Assembly (NCBI GenBank): GCA_052033375.1 | Contig: JBPOJQ010000014.1 | Coordinates: forward strand, 342-64,341 | DNA: 64,000 nt | From: Candidatus Magasanikiibacteriota bacterium | GTDB taxonomy: Bacteria; Patescibacteriota; Patescibacteriia; Magasanikbacterales; UBA922 | Direction of reading: 5' to 3' | Shown here: piece after piece, positions 18,349-28,630 of the stretch | Position numbering within the stretch: position 1 is the stretch's first letter | How the letters are laid out: every line of letters begins with the position of its first letter | Notes under the pieces: model-generated | What the model was told of the DNA's origin: nothing | The model's input: only the letters and a program-made list of their open reading frames with translations | The model's database searches: none | Translations under genes and position numbers: made by a program

Positions 18349-18941
18349 ACACATAATGTAGCATTTGCATTACAAGACACCTCATCTGTCAACGTAGGAC
18401 AAATTGTCTTACCTTTTGATTCGCATGAAGTTCCTATATATGAACACAGATTCCCCCCACTTTCGCACACATCTTTGTTTTCCTGTGCAGTTAAAGCGCT
18501 GTCAACCGATGTAAGACAACTCGCTTCAATTGCTTTTTTAGATGTACACTTTCTTACTGTTTCAGTATTTGTATTATTACCTGTGTTTGCTCCCAATTTA
18601 AACACAAAATTGGTCAATGCATAGGCCCCAATAATGATAATAATTCCAATTGTTGCCGCGATAATAGTATTCAATGCTTTCTCGGTCTGCTCTGAGCTCC
18701 CTCGGGCCGTCATCCACAAAATTCCTCCGTATAGTACGAGTACAAAAAAAAGTACTGAGATCATCGAGAGAAGCGTACCGATTACATTTCCAGCAATCGT
18801 TGGTACACTATTGCCGTACGTGTCGAGTTTTGCGGCGCCAGCAGTCTCATCAAGACCAAAATTTCCTGCCAACACCGTCGTACCTAATGCAAAAATCAAT
18901 ACTACTACACCGATTCCCGCGATAATATACGCTCTTCTCAT
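18339..18941 (-). CDS. VirB2/TrbC-like pilin with Cys-rich C-terminal extension
   Basis: YGG.LWMTARG motif plus 8 Cys in the tail. Confidence 0.78.
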   Translation of the reverse strand: MRRAYIIAGIGVVVLIFALGTTVLAGNFGLDETAGAAKLDTYGNSVPTIAGNVIGTLLSMISVLFFVLVLYGGILWMTARGSSEQTEKALNTIIAATIGIIIIIGAYALTNFVFKLGANTGNNTNTETVRKCTSKKAIEASCLTSVDSALTAQENKDVCESGGNLCSYIGTSCESKGKTICPTLTDEVSCNANATLCVWE

Positions 18942-18951
18942 AAAAAATTTA

Positions 18952-19380
18952 TTAAGGATACATGGGGCCGCACGATCCGGTGGTTTCACACAAAGATCGA
19001 AGAACAAAACTCATGATTGAATATGAAGTCATGATAATTATCAGTCCCATTACTGCTGCAAAAAGTATTTTCTTTGCCGTACCTACTTTTTCATCATTTC
19101 CCCCCGCTGTCATCCAGGTAAATCCGGCATATAGAATAATCACTACCGAAACAATCCCCAATAAACTCAACGCAAAATTAATAATCCGAATGGTGATAAT
19201 ACGTGGATCTTCACCACTTAATCCTGAATACTCAGTACCTGCGCAATCAAGTCCTAATACATCTCCAGGATTGTCTGTACCATCACATCCTTGGGCTAAT
19301 ACGGGTCTTGGGTGTAGTGTCACAAGGGTAATCAAAAAAATACCTGATAAGAGACACGTAAGAATTTTTTTTGTATTCAT
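18952..19380 (-). CDS. VirB2/TrbC-like pilin
   Basis: YAGF.WMTAGGN.EKV..AKK motif. Confidence 0.8.
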   Translation of the reverse strand: MNTKKILTCLLSGIFLITLVTLHPRPVLAQGCDGTDNPGDVLGLDCAGTEYSGLSGEDPRIITIRIINFALSLLGIVSVVIILYAGFTWMTAGGNDEKVGTAKKILFAAVMGLIIIMTSYSIMSFVLRSLCETTGSCGPMYP

Positions 19381-19474
19381 AGCATTCTAAGAGGATCAAA
19401 GCCTTCACCAACCTTTTGAAGAATCGGTGAGGGCTCTGACACCCGTACGGGTGTAAGAGTGAGAAGCACATTAC

Positions 19475-19888
19475 TTATGCTTCTTCTACCGCTGTTTGAA
19501 TTGAATTGATAAAGAAATTTGCAATCGCGTATGCAGATAAAATGATCGCAAGACCAATTACTGCAGCGATAATAATTTTCTTTGCCGCTTCTACACTTTC
19601 ATCGTTTCCACCAGCAGTCATCCATTTGAAACCACCCCAGAGGATCAATATTACTGCGATTAATCCTAAGAATGTTAACGCGAGGTTGATAATATTAACT
19701 ACCACTTCGCGTGCATCAGTCTCATCAGTACTGATGTTCAAACCCGTTGTTGGTTCGATACCAAATGGATCGTCATTTACATTTGTTGTGAAGGCAACTT
19801 TTGGTGATAACGTAAATACAGTTACTAAAGCTACAATAGCCAATAATACATTTCTATGCTTTAGTAATTTTGCTTGTATGTTTTTCAT
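19475..19888 (-). CDS. VirB2/TrbC-like pilin (candidate major subunit)
   Basis: GGFKWMTAGGN.E.V..AKK motif; strong SD (GGGGGTGAGGGAG) and 3' hairpins. Confidence 0.82.
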   Translation of the reverse strand: MKNIQAKLLKHRNVLLAIVALVTVFTLSPKVAFTTNVNDDPFGIEPTTGLNISTDETDAREVVVNIINLALTFLGLIAVILILWGGFKWMTAGGNDESVEAAKKIIIAAVIGLAIILSAYAIANFFINSIQTAVEEA

Positions 19889-19948
19889 ACTCCCTCACCC
19901 CCCTTCAATTTTTGACATGTTTTATACATAACAATGAATCACGTTTAT

Positions 19949-20067
19949 GTACGAACTTACGAACAAATGCCGAAAGTACGAAACTTTATTTTACTATTCT
20001 TGGTTGCACCTCCAACTTTACTTAAAATAAATTTCGTACTTTCGTAATGGATTTCTTAAGTTCGTAC
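19949..20067. repeat. Long imperfect inverted repeat built from TACGAA-type units
   Basis: Paired blocks of 11, 13 and 9 bp. Confidence 0.85.
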
Positions 20068-20075
20068 GTATATTA

Positions 20076-20474
20076 TTAATTTGGACTCGCCTGTAACGTG
20101 GTTAAAATCAACGTAATTATAGCATAGCTACTAAAAACTACAATAATTCCAATTCCAGCCCAAAGCATCGCCTGTAATCCCTTCTGAATCTTTTCTGAAT
20201 TTCCTGCTGAGGTGAGCCAGAGAAAACCCCCGTACAGGAATACGACAAAGGTGATTGACCCCACGATTCCCATGATGACCTGAATTGTATTTCCTATAAT
20301 CACTTTTATATCCGATGTTTCGAGTGGGTTCACCAACGATACACATTCTTCTCCCGTACGACAAACACTTGCTGGTGTGCTCGAGGCCGAAGCTAATTGA
20401 AAATTACTAAAACTTATAAGAGTTCCAAATATAAGTATTATAATCACGACTAATTTTTTCCAACTTTTCTTCAT
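20076..20474 (-). CDS. VirB2/TrbC-like pilin
   Basis: L.NPL, YGGFLWLTSAGN.E...KG...LWA..G. Confidence 0.8.
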   Translation of the reverse strand: MKKSWKKLVVIIILIFGTLISFSNFQLASASSTPASVCRTGEECVSLVNPLETSDIKVIIGNTIQVIMGIVGSITFVVFLYGGFLWLTSAGNSEKIQKGLQAMLWAGIGIIVVFSSYAIITLILTTLQASPN

Positions 20475-20479
20475 ACTAA

Positions 20480-21652
20480 TTAAAATGGTGTCAGATTAGG
20501 GTTAATGCCAATCGCCTTTACAATAAAGCTCACTAATATGTAGGCTGAAAATGCGATTATCATACCCACGGTTGCGGCTACTAATATCTGCTTTCCTTGT
20601 CCTACTTTTTCTGAATTTCCAAATGACAGAACCATAGTGAGACCACCATAGACAAAAAATGCAAACCCAAGTCCAGCAATAATGCCAAAAAGCCAATTTG
20701 CCACGTTCACTCCAAGCTCTATCAAATCTTCCACACTACGACAGGTGCCTGTAAAGGCGCACGCAGGAAGTGGGCCTGTATAGTCATCAGGTCTACGATA
20801 ACGATCGGCTATATATTGATCGACCGCTTTTGACATATCGACATCAGTTGTTTTTTTTATACACGTATTATTTTCTCCAGTTGTACAATAGTTTGCAGTC
20901 GCACAGACATCTGGTGGTAATTGTGTACAGTCTACTGCAGGATCAGCTTTTGCCATGCATTTTGCCGGAGCGACCCACCAAAAACATTGTGAATTTGCTT
21001 CACAGATAGACTTTTCCTTACCATTATTTTGTGCGCACAAAGGGACCGGATTTACCTGCTGTTCATCTCCGTCAGCCTTCTTGAAAAAATATACATATGC
21101 ATCATCCACATCTGCATCAAGATCGTTGAAATAGAATCGTAATCGTGCATTTACTTCAGCAGCACCGCACTTGACTGAATTAATAAGAGGATATGTCGCC
21201 CTATCTGGTCTCTTATCATCAGATTGATAACTATTCCATTGACCCGTTCCACTTACTAGATAGGATCCAGGGACACCCGGTATACCACCACTCGCACTAC
21301 ATAGAGAATTATCATGAATTTGCATGCGCACATCTTCATCTCCCCAGCTTTGATCAATCACGAAAACACCGTCCTTATCAATACCTTTTATAAGCTGTGC
21401 CCAGTTGACTTCATTGATACCTACAGGAATCGTAACACAAAAAAATCTACCTCCTGTTGGCTGATTAGTCGTTTCATTGAAATCATCATCTTGACTTATT
21501 TTAAAAATTGCTAATTCTGTCTGCCCTGGTATGGCAAATGTTGGACACTTGAATCCCCCAAGTGATGCATCAACCGCATGTAATTCTGATGCAATAAAAA
21601 AAGTACTGAAAAAAGATAGTGTCAAAAAAATATGTTTGATACAACGATTCAT
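20480..21652 (-). CDS. Large pilin-domain protein with Cys-rich N-terminal region
   Basis: Signal peptide, many Cys, C-terminal YGG....S.GN.E.V..GK pilin motif. Confidence 0.75.
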   Translation of the reverse strand: MNRCIKHIFLTLSFFSTFFIASELHAVDASLGGFKCPTFAIPGQTELAIFKISQDDDFNETTNQPTGGRFFCVTIPVGINEVNWAQLIKGIDKDGVFVIDQSWGDEDVRMQIHDNSLCSASGGIPGVPGSYLVSGTGQWNSYQSDDKRPDRATYPLINSVKCGAAEVNARLRFYFNDLDADVDDAYVYFFKKADGDEQQVNPVPLCAQNNGKEKSICEANSQCFWWVAPAKCMAKADPAVDCTQLPPDVCATANYCTTGENNTCIKKTTDVDMSKAVDQYIADRYRRPDDYTGPLPACAFTGTCRSVEDLIELGVNVANWLFGIIAGLGFAFFVYGGLTMVLSFGNSEKVGQGKQILVAATVGMIIAFSAYILVSFIVKAIGINPNLTPF

Positions 21653-21660
21653 AAACTTAT

Positions 21661-23046
21661 TTAGTACGTTTGTTGAATTTTTGCAGCCGCATTAATGATT
21701 ACGGTTTTATCTTTTTTGAGTGTCTCTTGTTCAGTATTTCCGGCTCTAAGAAATTCTGTAATCATATCTTTCATTGCTGAAACAGCTATTTCGCTCTCTC
21801 GTCCTCTATACCAATTATCTGCAAACAATGCTTGGGTTGCAAATGGCCCCATGGTCTCGTCTTGTTGTTGAACTACGATTTGTTCGCGGTAAGGACTCGG
21901 TCTAAAAGTCGCTGTCGTATAGGTCTGCACTTTTTCTTTTGAAGAAATAAATCGTACAAAATCCCATGCTTCATTTTGATGTTTTGATTTTTTTACCACT
22001 GATTCAAGCCAATAATTGGCTACATTTGCAGGCGATCCAGAATTCAATTGAGGTACTGTCGTAATTTTGATATTGAGCTGTGGTGCACGTGCTTTGATAC
22101 GCGGATAATCATATGCAAATCCGAAAAAAAACGCGCTTTTCCCTCGTACAAATTCGTCGAATGCATTTTGTTGCTTTTCGTTCCAGCTGTACCGATCTGC
22201 AGTAGCTCTCGCAAATCCGGTATAAAAATCTAGGGCTCGAATCATCGGATGCGAACGATCTTGAGACCGATCTACACCTGCTGCAAACGTAACTGATTCC
22301 TGAGTTACGGGAGTTGCCCCACTCTGTACCATAAATAGCGAGACAATATCAAAAAAATTATCAATATTATTGGAGGTTCCGAGTGCTACCCCTGATTGTG
22401 TAATATCAAGCGTTGCGTTGAATTTAGTCGTTTTCTGTACCGCTGCGACAAATTCTTCCCATGTAGTCGGTGCTTCGGCTATCCCTGCCCGATCGAGAAG
22501 TGTCTGATTGTAGAAGAGCGCCAGTGAATCGAAGGCAATAGGTAATCCATAAATTTTTCCCTCAATTACAGCATCTTTGTGGACTGATTGGACATATTCA
22601 CTACGCAGGTCGCGTTCTTTGGGTAGCGGAATAGTATCGACCACCACTGCCATCTCTTTGGTGTACTTATTTTTTTGTATTAAACGTGGTACTTGGACAC
22701 TGTCAGGGGCTGTAGCAAGTCGATTCTGATTTTTTCGAATCCAGCGTACATGCATAGATACTATATCTGGCCCCACATCGTCTGCTAATGCGTTGGTAAA
22801 TAATTGATCGAATTCTTCATATCGTACTTGTCGTATATTTATCGTCACTTGTGGTCGTAGTGCCTTGTATTCTGCAGCATATTTTTTCAATTCTTCCACA
22901 TCATTATACACCGTCCAATAATTCAATGTGACCGCCTTTACACTTGATTGCTCCTGCGCAGTCAATCCTTTGCACCCAAAACCAGAAAAAACCAACAACA
23001 CAGTTAGAATGGTGGAAAAAATTATCGATCGCTGCCTGGTTTTCAT
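21661..23046 (-). CDS. Extracellular solute-binding lipoprotein (sugar ABC-type fold)
   Basis: Lipobox GFGC, GPDI, IYGLP..D.LALFYN, P.TWEEF, AWDF..F. Confidence 0.85.
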   Translation of the reverse strand: MKTRQRSIIFSTILTVLLVFSGFGCKGLTAQEQSSVKAVTLNYWTVYNDVEELKKYAAEYKALRPQVTINIRQVRYEEFDQLFTNALADDVGPDIVSMHVRWIRKNQNRLATAPDSVQVPRLIQKNKYTKEMAVVVDTIPLPKERDLRSEYVQSVHKDAVIEGKIYGLPIAFDSLALFYNQTLLDRAGIAEAPTTWEEFVAAVQKTTKFNATLDITQSGVALGTSNNIDNFFDIVSLFMVQSGATPVTQESVTFAAGVDRSQDRSHPMIRALDFYTGFARATADRYSWNEKQQNAFDEFVRGKSAFFFGFAYDYPRIKARAPQLNIKITTVPQLNSGSPANVANYWLESVVKKSKHQNEAWDFVRFISSKEKVQTYTTATFRPSPYREQIVVQQQDETMGPFATQALFADNWYRGRESEIAVSAMKDMITEFLRAGNTEQETLKKDKTVIINAAAKIQQTY

Positions 23047-23121
23047 AGTTTTCTAGTTATTGAGTTGTCTAGTTTTTTGCTACATGATACTACATCACCC
23101 AAAAACCATAATTAATTAACC

Positions 23122-23835
23122 TTATCTGAATATTTCAAAAATAAAATTCACCAATGCATAACTTGCAAAAATCAACACTATCCCCAACCCTGCCCAAAGA
23201 ATTGTATCTCTAGCTTTCTGTGTACTCTCAGAATTCCCTCGTGCTGTCATCCATGTGATTCCACCATAGAGCATCATGACCAGTGCCACTGTCCCGACCA
23301 CCCCCATAACCCCTTTTATCAACACACCAATCAGTTCTGGGAGTGTGTCTGCTTCTAGTTTATTGAGTTGATTTGCGTATTTAGAGAGTTGGGTTGACGA
23401 TGTGTTCCCGCGTGCAACCTCATCTACACATTTCTGAAAATTCGTGTATTCAGTACACGCACCGCAATTCCCTGGTGTCATAATACTTCCCCCGGCAGCA
23501 CTATTGCCATATTTGATACACTGATTTCCACACCGACATCCGCCATTTGGATAAGTAATGCCCCCAGCTTGACACGCCTGCAGTGTTTCAAATGGTTCTT
23601 GCAAGGGCGGACTACAAAAAGTTTCCAGCCATGAAGAATCTATTTTTCCTACTCCTTGCACACCATTTATATTTGGAACATCGTCCCCAATTTTATAACA
23701 CACACTGTTTATCTTACACGCCTGAGTCGCAGTAAAAACATTATGTGAAAAAAACATGGTGCCACTTAATATAACAAGCAAAACGAATATTTTTTTACTT
23801 TCTCGAAAAAATAACGACATATATGCGTAGTTCAT
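23122..23835 (-). CDS. Pilin-domain protein with Cys-rich N-terminal region
   Basis: YGG..WMTARGN.E...KA...LWA.LG at the C-terminus. Confidence 0.78.
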   Translation of the reverse strand: MNYAYMSLFFRESKKIFVLLVILSGTMFFSHNVFTATQACKINSVCYKIGDDVPNINGVQGVGKIDSSWLETFCSPPLQEPFETLQACQAGGITYPNGGCRCGNQCIKYGNSAAGGSIMTPGNCGACTEYTNFQKCVDEVARGNTSSTQLSKYANQLNKLEADTLPELIGVLIKGVMGVVGTVALVMMLYGGITWMTARGNSESTQKARDTILWAGLGIVLIFASYALVNFIFEIFR

Positions 23836-23837
23836 GT

Positions 23838-24677
23838 CTACAGAAGTCCTTCTTTTTCGGCAAAATGAATTGCTGTTTTTAGTAATGCTAATTTATTCCC
23901 TGTATCAAAATATTCTCCTTCATACTCGTATGCAAAAAATTTCTTTTTCTTTGCTAGGGTATTTGCTGCGTCAGAGAGCCAAATCTCTCCATCTCTGCCC
24001 TCCTTCTGATTCTCCAAAATTGCCCAAATATCATTGGTGAAAATGTAGCGCATCCCTCCGACAATGAGACCCAATGGTGACACCGCATCAATCGGTGGTT
24101 TCTCACGAAATTCTGTTACTCGATAAATTCCCCGGCCAACAGATTTTCCGTATACATTACCGTATTTTTTTGACATTGACTCTTTGTCATCAATTTTCTG
24201 TACACCAATCACCGAAGATTTTTTCTTATAGAAAATATCCAATAGCTGTTGAATTACAGGAATTTGCGCATCAATGATACTGTCTCCGTCGGAAAACGCA
24301 AATGGCTCATCCCCCACAAATTCTTTTGCACACAGTAGTGCATGTCCATTCCCGCGTGGTTCCGCTTGTCGTGTATAAAAAAATCTTACTTTTTTGCTCA
24401 AATCTATCAACGATTGAATTCTATCTAATTTTCCCTGACTTTCTAGATATGCTTCAAAATCACGGTCACGGTCAAAGTGATCTTCAATAGCACGTTTTTG
24501 TGAACTAGTTACAAAAATTATTTCTCGTATTCCGCTCGCTGCCATTTCCTCGACGATGTATTGCAATACCGGCTTATCAAGTACTGGCAACATTTCTTTT
24601 GGCATAGCTTTTGTCGCAGGCAGGAATCTCGTTCCGAGTCCTGCAACCGTGATTACACCTTTACGGACTTTGTGCAT
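23838..24677 (-). CDS. galU: UTP-glucose-1-phosphate uridylyltransferase
   Basis: AGLGTRFLPATKA.PKEMLP..DKP, Q.EP.G.GHA. Confidence 0.9.
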   Translation of the reverse strand: MHKVRKGVITVAGLGTRFLPATKAMPKEMLPVLDKPVLQYIVEEMAASGIREIIFVTSSQKRAIEDHFDRDRDFEAYLESQGKLDRIQSLIDLSKKVRFFYTRQAEPRGNGHALLCAKEFVGDEPFAFSDGDSIIDAQIPVIQQLLDIFYKKKSSVIGVQKIDDKESMSKKYGNVYGKSVGRGIYRVTEFREKPPIDAVSPLGLIVGGMRYIFTNDIWAILENQKEGRDGEIWLSDAANTLAKKKKFFAYEYEGEYFDTGNKLALLKTAIHFAEKEGLL

Positions 24678-24791
24678 ACATTCTTTTTACAATAAGATTG
24701 TAAATAGTATACCATACTATAACTCAAAACTTAAAGTTCAAAACACAACACTATCACTCACATCTTAAAAACATGTGTTTTTGTTGTCTTT

Positions 24792-26192
24792 TTATTTCAC
24801 TTCTTCCCAACTAATCAACTCATACGTCGAACCCACAGGAAATCCCGGTGGCGGATAATATTGCAGATTACCATCGTATACATGATTCGTATAATAGTAT
24901 CCCGAGACGACCTGCCCACTCCCATTGATATACTTCCATCCACCGCCTGCATATGAAATCTGTGAACCAAAAAAGGTGAGAGAATTTTTAAGTGCACCCG
25001 CATGTTGACTTGGGTTGTAATACGGAGTGTAAATTTTTGCATACTGCGTCAATGCTGCAGCATTGATTTCAAGTGTACTCGGAGCCTCGTATGGAATGAT
25101 AATATCCCCTTGGGCTATAATCCCGATTACATCGTCACTTGATTTTTGTTTCTGTAGCAAATTATTCGAGATAAATACTTCTTTGTAATTACTTGGTACA
25201 GGGAAATTTCCCACACCGATCGTTACCCTCCCATCGACAGTTCCCTCTACCCAGACATTATCTTCGACAAACATGACTCCATTTGCCGGAAGTGTGTAGG
25301 TACCAATCAATGTTTTTGTTCCAATATCATAACAATATGATGTCCCATTCCAATACCACCCAGACCATCTCCATCTCCAATTTCCTTCACCGTAATAGCA
25401 GTCGCGGGTATTCACCCGATATACCGTATACTGTGTATCATTAAACACAATGTGATATCCCTCTCCCCCTGAAGAAGCAAGATATTTTCCACCACTCTGT
25501 GCAGCAGTGCGTATGTCTGAGAGATCCGCTGATACTGACCCAAAATCAGCTGCAGGAACTGGAAATTCCCAATAATATTGAGGTCCTCCCGCACCCCAAA
25601 TACCCGCTTTGGTGGTACCTTCATATGTGTACGTCGTCTTTGCACTTCGAATCCATGAATCCGTTGTGCCATCAAATCTAATACCGCCATTAGACATTAT
25701 TTCGCCATGTACCTGAGTCGTGGCACTAAAAGACATATCCACATTCTCTATAAATGCACTGTCCGTAAAAGAAGGAAATCCTAAACGAACTTTGATGGCT
25801 CGATTGGCATTCGGAGACGATGCGACAGTGCCGGTAGATGCCACTGCAATTACAGAAGAATTGGGCAAGGGCGTTGAGATACTTATTGCAAAACTCCCTA
25901 CCGTGCTATTAAACTTATCTTTTATATTATGCACATATGGCCCCGGAGCACCTGTACCATCAGTGAAATCAGTTGGATTATGCGCCAAATGCCACCGATA
26001 ATAATTTATACCAGCTTCTGAGATATGAAATGTCACATCGCGACGGTACACCTCCATGGAAATACGGTGTTCGAATAAGGAGTAACTCAAAATTCCCAAG
26101 ACCATTGTCACGAATGCTATTGATCCAAAAACCATCACAATGAGTAATGTATTTCCCTGATGCCATTGAATTTTTTTTCTACTTTTATACAT
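24792..26192 (-). CDS. PilX-like minor pilin/assembly protein
   Basis: QG..L..VM N-terminal helix, EAGI.YY.W.L, ends SWEE. Confidence 0.7.
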   Translation of the reverse strand: MYKSRKKIQWHQGNTLLIVMVFGSIAFVTMVLGILSYSLFEHRISMEVYRRDVTFHISEAGINYYRWHLAHNPTDFTDGTGAPGPYVHNIKDKFNSTVGSFAISISTPLPNSSVIAVASTGTVASSPNANRAIKVRLGFPSFTDSAFIENVDMSFSATTQVHGEIMSNGGIRFDGTTDSWIRSAKTTYTYEGTTKAGIWGAGGPQYYWEFPVPAADFGSVSADLSDIRTAAQSGGKYLASSGGEGYHIVFNDTQYTVYRVNTRDCYYGEGNWRWRWSGWYWNGTSYCYDIGTKTLIGTYTLPANGVMFVEDNVWVEGTVDGRVTIGVGNFPVPSNYKEVFISNNLLQKQKSSDDVIGIIAQGDIIIPYEAPSTLEINAAALTQYAKIYTPYYNPSQHAGALKNSLTFFGSQISYAGGGWKYINGSGQVVSGYYYTNHVYDGNLQYYPPPGFPVGSTYELISWEEVK

Positions 26193-26224
26193 ACATGTGA
26201 ACCACTACTCGTATATGTGAATAA

Positions 26225-26848
26225 TCAATTGGTCTTCAAATTTCTAATATGTGTCAACGATTCGACTCTCAACGGTACCGGACTTTTTGTCTGATCCTTT
26301 TCTATTTCAATAATAATTTTTACCATTCGTATATTTGTAATACTCACTGGATCAGACATCGCCGCCTCGCTCCCAGTATAACTCTCGGTAAAATATTGAA
26401 AAGTCGGTGTTCCTCGCGATGCATTTCTCACATAGCTTGCCAATGTGGTCACTTGCTCTTGTCCTGAATAATTCAACGGATTTCCGCTGGGTTTTAATAT
26501 TCCACGCTTTAGATCAGTACCAGACAACCAATAATGTATACGTTCACGCATACTATCCCCGTCAATATTTGCATATACTATCAGCGATGACGTTGTAGCT
26601 TCTGCTATCGGATACGAACCAATGCTTGAAGCTTCTGCAGTTCTAATAGTATTCACAATTTCAGACACCACTCGTCGAGCATCCTTTTGTCCATATAATT
26701 GATCATCGAGTACACGCTGATTGCGGAAAGTCAGTATAATAAATGATGTAGCTCCGAGACCTACAATCAATGAAATTCCCATGACAACCGCTACCTCAAG
26801 CAGGGTCATTCCTCGGTAATCACTATTATTTTTATACACACGTTTCAT
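26225..26848 (-). CDS. Type IV prepilin-like protein (PilW-like)
   Basis: G|MTLLE cleavage motif; ends RNL. Confidence 0.82.
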   Translation of the reverse strand: MKRVYKNNSDYRGMTLLEVAVVMGISLIVGLGATSFIILTFRNQRVLDDQLYGQKDARRVVSEIVNTIRTAEASSIGSYPIAEATTSSLIVYANIDGDSMRERIHYWLSGTDLKRGILKPSGNPLNYSGQEQVTTLASYVRNASRGTPTFQYFTESYTGSEAAMSDPVSITNIRMVKIIIEIEKDQTKSPVPLRVESLTHIRNLKTN

Positions 26849-28620
26849 AGAGAAGTTAGATCTGCGATTATAAAATGATCCTCGGTTACCTCGAATATTT
26901 CTTCGTAATCCTGATACCCTTCTGCTTCAATATGAATCGTATATTCCCCTTGGGATAAATTTCCCACATATACTTGCCCTGGTGGTGTACATGCATTCGT
27001 ATAGACAAATGTAAGGTCAGAGAGTAGCGGTGAAACCGATGGGTCTGCGGTATCCAAATATACTCGATAACGCATGTACCTCTCATCATCATGAACATCT
27101 GATATATGCACACTGCTTTCAGTAAAATAGGTATTTTCTGTACCATCAGGTCCTACAAAAACCCAAGACTGCGGTGTGCTCGAAGGGCTGGTAGCCATTT
27201 GCAGCCGTAGCGTCGTCGAAGGTGACTGGGCCATAGGATTCCACGACCAGATAATATATCGTGCATTTTCTCCAGTATCTATTGTTGACGATTCAAGATA
27301 TCCGCTTGATACATAGTCATTTCCATTCTTTGCAAGAAGCACATTTCCTGGACTAGTGAGTGTGTCAACACCACTCGCTGAACTGTATCCACCCTCTTCC
27401 TCAGTAAAATTTTCAAATCCTGCACCCATTGACCACTCTGTCTGTCCAATACTTCCAACTCCAGTATTTTTTGTAGAAGAAAAACCATTTGGTCCAGTAA
27501 TCGTCACGGTTGCATTGGCAATCGGAGCACTCTGATGTTCTGCCATAACCACTAGTGAGCGTGATGTATTCGGACCTAAAATCAATGTGCCTACTTCGTC
27601 TGCTCCAGGGAGTAATGTCATTGGAACATCAGGAATGGTCCCAATCAAATCATAGCCGGATACCACCAAACCATAACTATCCCACGGCAGAGAAATAAGC
27701 GACTGCATTCCACCAGCATCAGTCGTATAACTCTCATGTATCAAATAGACACTTGGATTCGCACCGATAAGTCGTGTCCCCTTGATCTGAAATGGTACAT
27801 TTCCCACTGCATTACACTGAGCATTTTTGGTTTCAACACTTAATGTAGAAATTTCATCAATAGTTAACGTGAGATTACTGACTTCCTGTTGCAGGACAGT
27901 CACATTCGAGGTAGTCGGATTTGGATTGGTCGAACTTGGTGCATAGGTCTTATCTGTGGTGTATCCTGTCTTTGTCGCCTGTATAAAATATTTTGCAGTA
28001 CCAGTAGCTAAATCATATATACGCAAAAATCCATCATCATCTGTCGTATCCATGAAATTATACGAGGGGTCAGTGCTCGTCGAAATAACAGTGACCGACG
28101 CATTTGAAACAGGATTACCATATGCATCGATCACTTGAACAAATAATGCACCGTGGTTCAGATTTCCTTCTAGATATTTTGGTGCAATATAGGTATACAT
28201 TGACAATGGTTCAGTCTGATCACACGAGACGCAGCGCGCCTCAATTTGAACAAATTTGTAATCAGCTGGCGCAGTATCCCCAGTCATTCCACCGATAGTT
28301 CCATCGTATGGATCATCAATATTTCGTATAGTGCGAGTAATTTCAAATATCATGCCATTTCGCGAAGTTGTGGTAGTATACTCAAATATACCAGAAGGAC
28401 TTCCATTGATAATTCCCACATCCTCGAAAGCTACGTTGTGCATAATTTCCATTTGTTCATTCAAAATAGCCGTCCCAAGGATGCGGACTCGAGAATGATA
28501 CACGAGTGAAAAACTCAGCTGGATACTACCATAAATTCCAACAATAAATAGCCCGAAAATGCCGAGTGCAACGACTGACTCAATTAAGGTAAATCCTTTC
28601 TGTATACGCGGTATTTTCAT
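26845..28620 (-). CDS. Type IV prepilin-like protein with carboxypeptidase-regulatory-like beta domains
   Basis: G|FTLIE motif; repeated P..NA.VT beta-sandwich motifs. Confidence 0.8.
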   Translation of the reverse strand: MKIPRIQKGFTLIESVVALGIFGLFIVGIYGSIQLSFSLVYHSRVRILGTAILNEQMEIMHNVAFEDVGIINGSPSGIFEYTTTTSRNGMIFEITRTIRNIDDPYDGTIGGMTGDTAPADYKFVQIEARCVSCDQTEPLSMYTYIAPKYLEGNLNHGALFVQVIDAYGNPVSNASVTVISTSTDPSYNFMDTTDDDGFLRIYDLATGTAKYFIQATKTGYTTDKTYAPSSTNPNPTTSNVTVLQQEVSNLTLTIDEISTLSVETKNAQCNAVGNVPFQIKGTRLIGANPSVYLIHESYTTDAGGMQSLISLPWDSYGLVVSGYDLIGTIPDVPMTLLPGADEVGTLILGPNTSRSLVVMAEHQSAPIANATVTITGPNGFSSTKNTGVGSIGQTEWSMGAGFENFTEEEGGYSSASGVDTLTSPGNVLLAKNGNDYVSSGYLESSTIDTGENARYIIWSWNPMAQSPSTTLRLQMATSPSSTPQSWVFVGPDGTENTYFTESSVHISDVHDDERYMRYRVYLDTADPSVSPLLSDLTFVYTNACTPPGQVYVGNLSQGEYTIHIEAEGYQDYEEIFEVTEDHFIIADLTSL

Positions 28621-28630
28621 TCAAAAAAAA

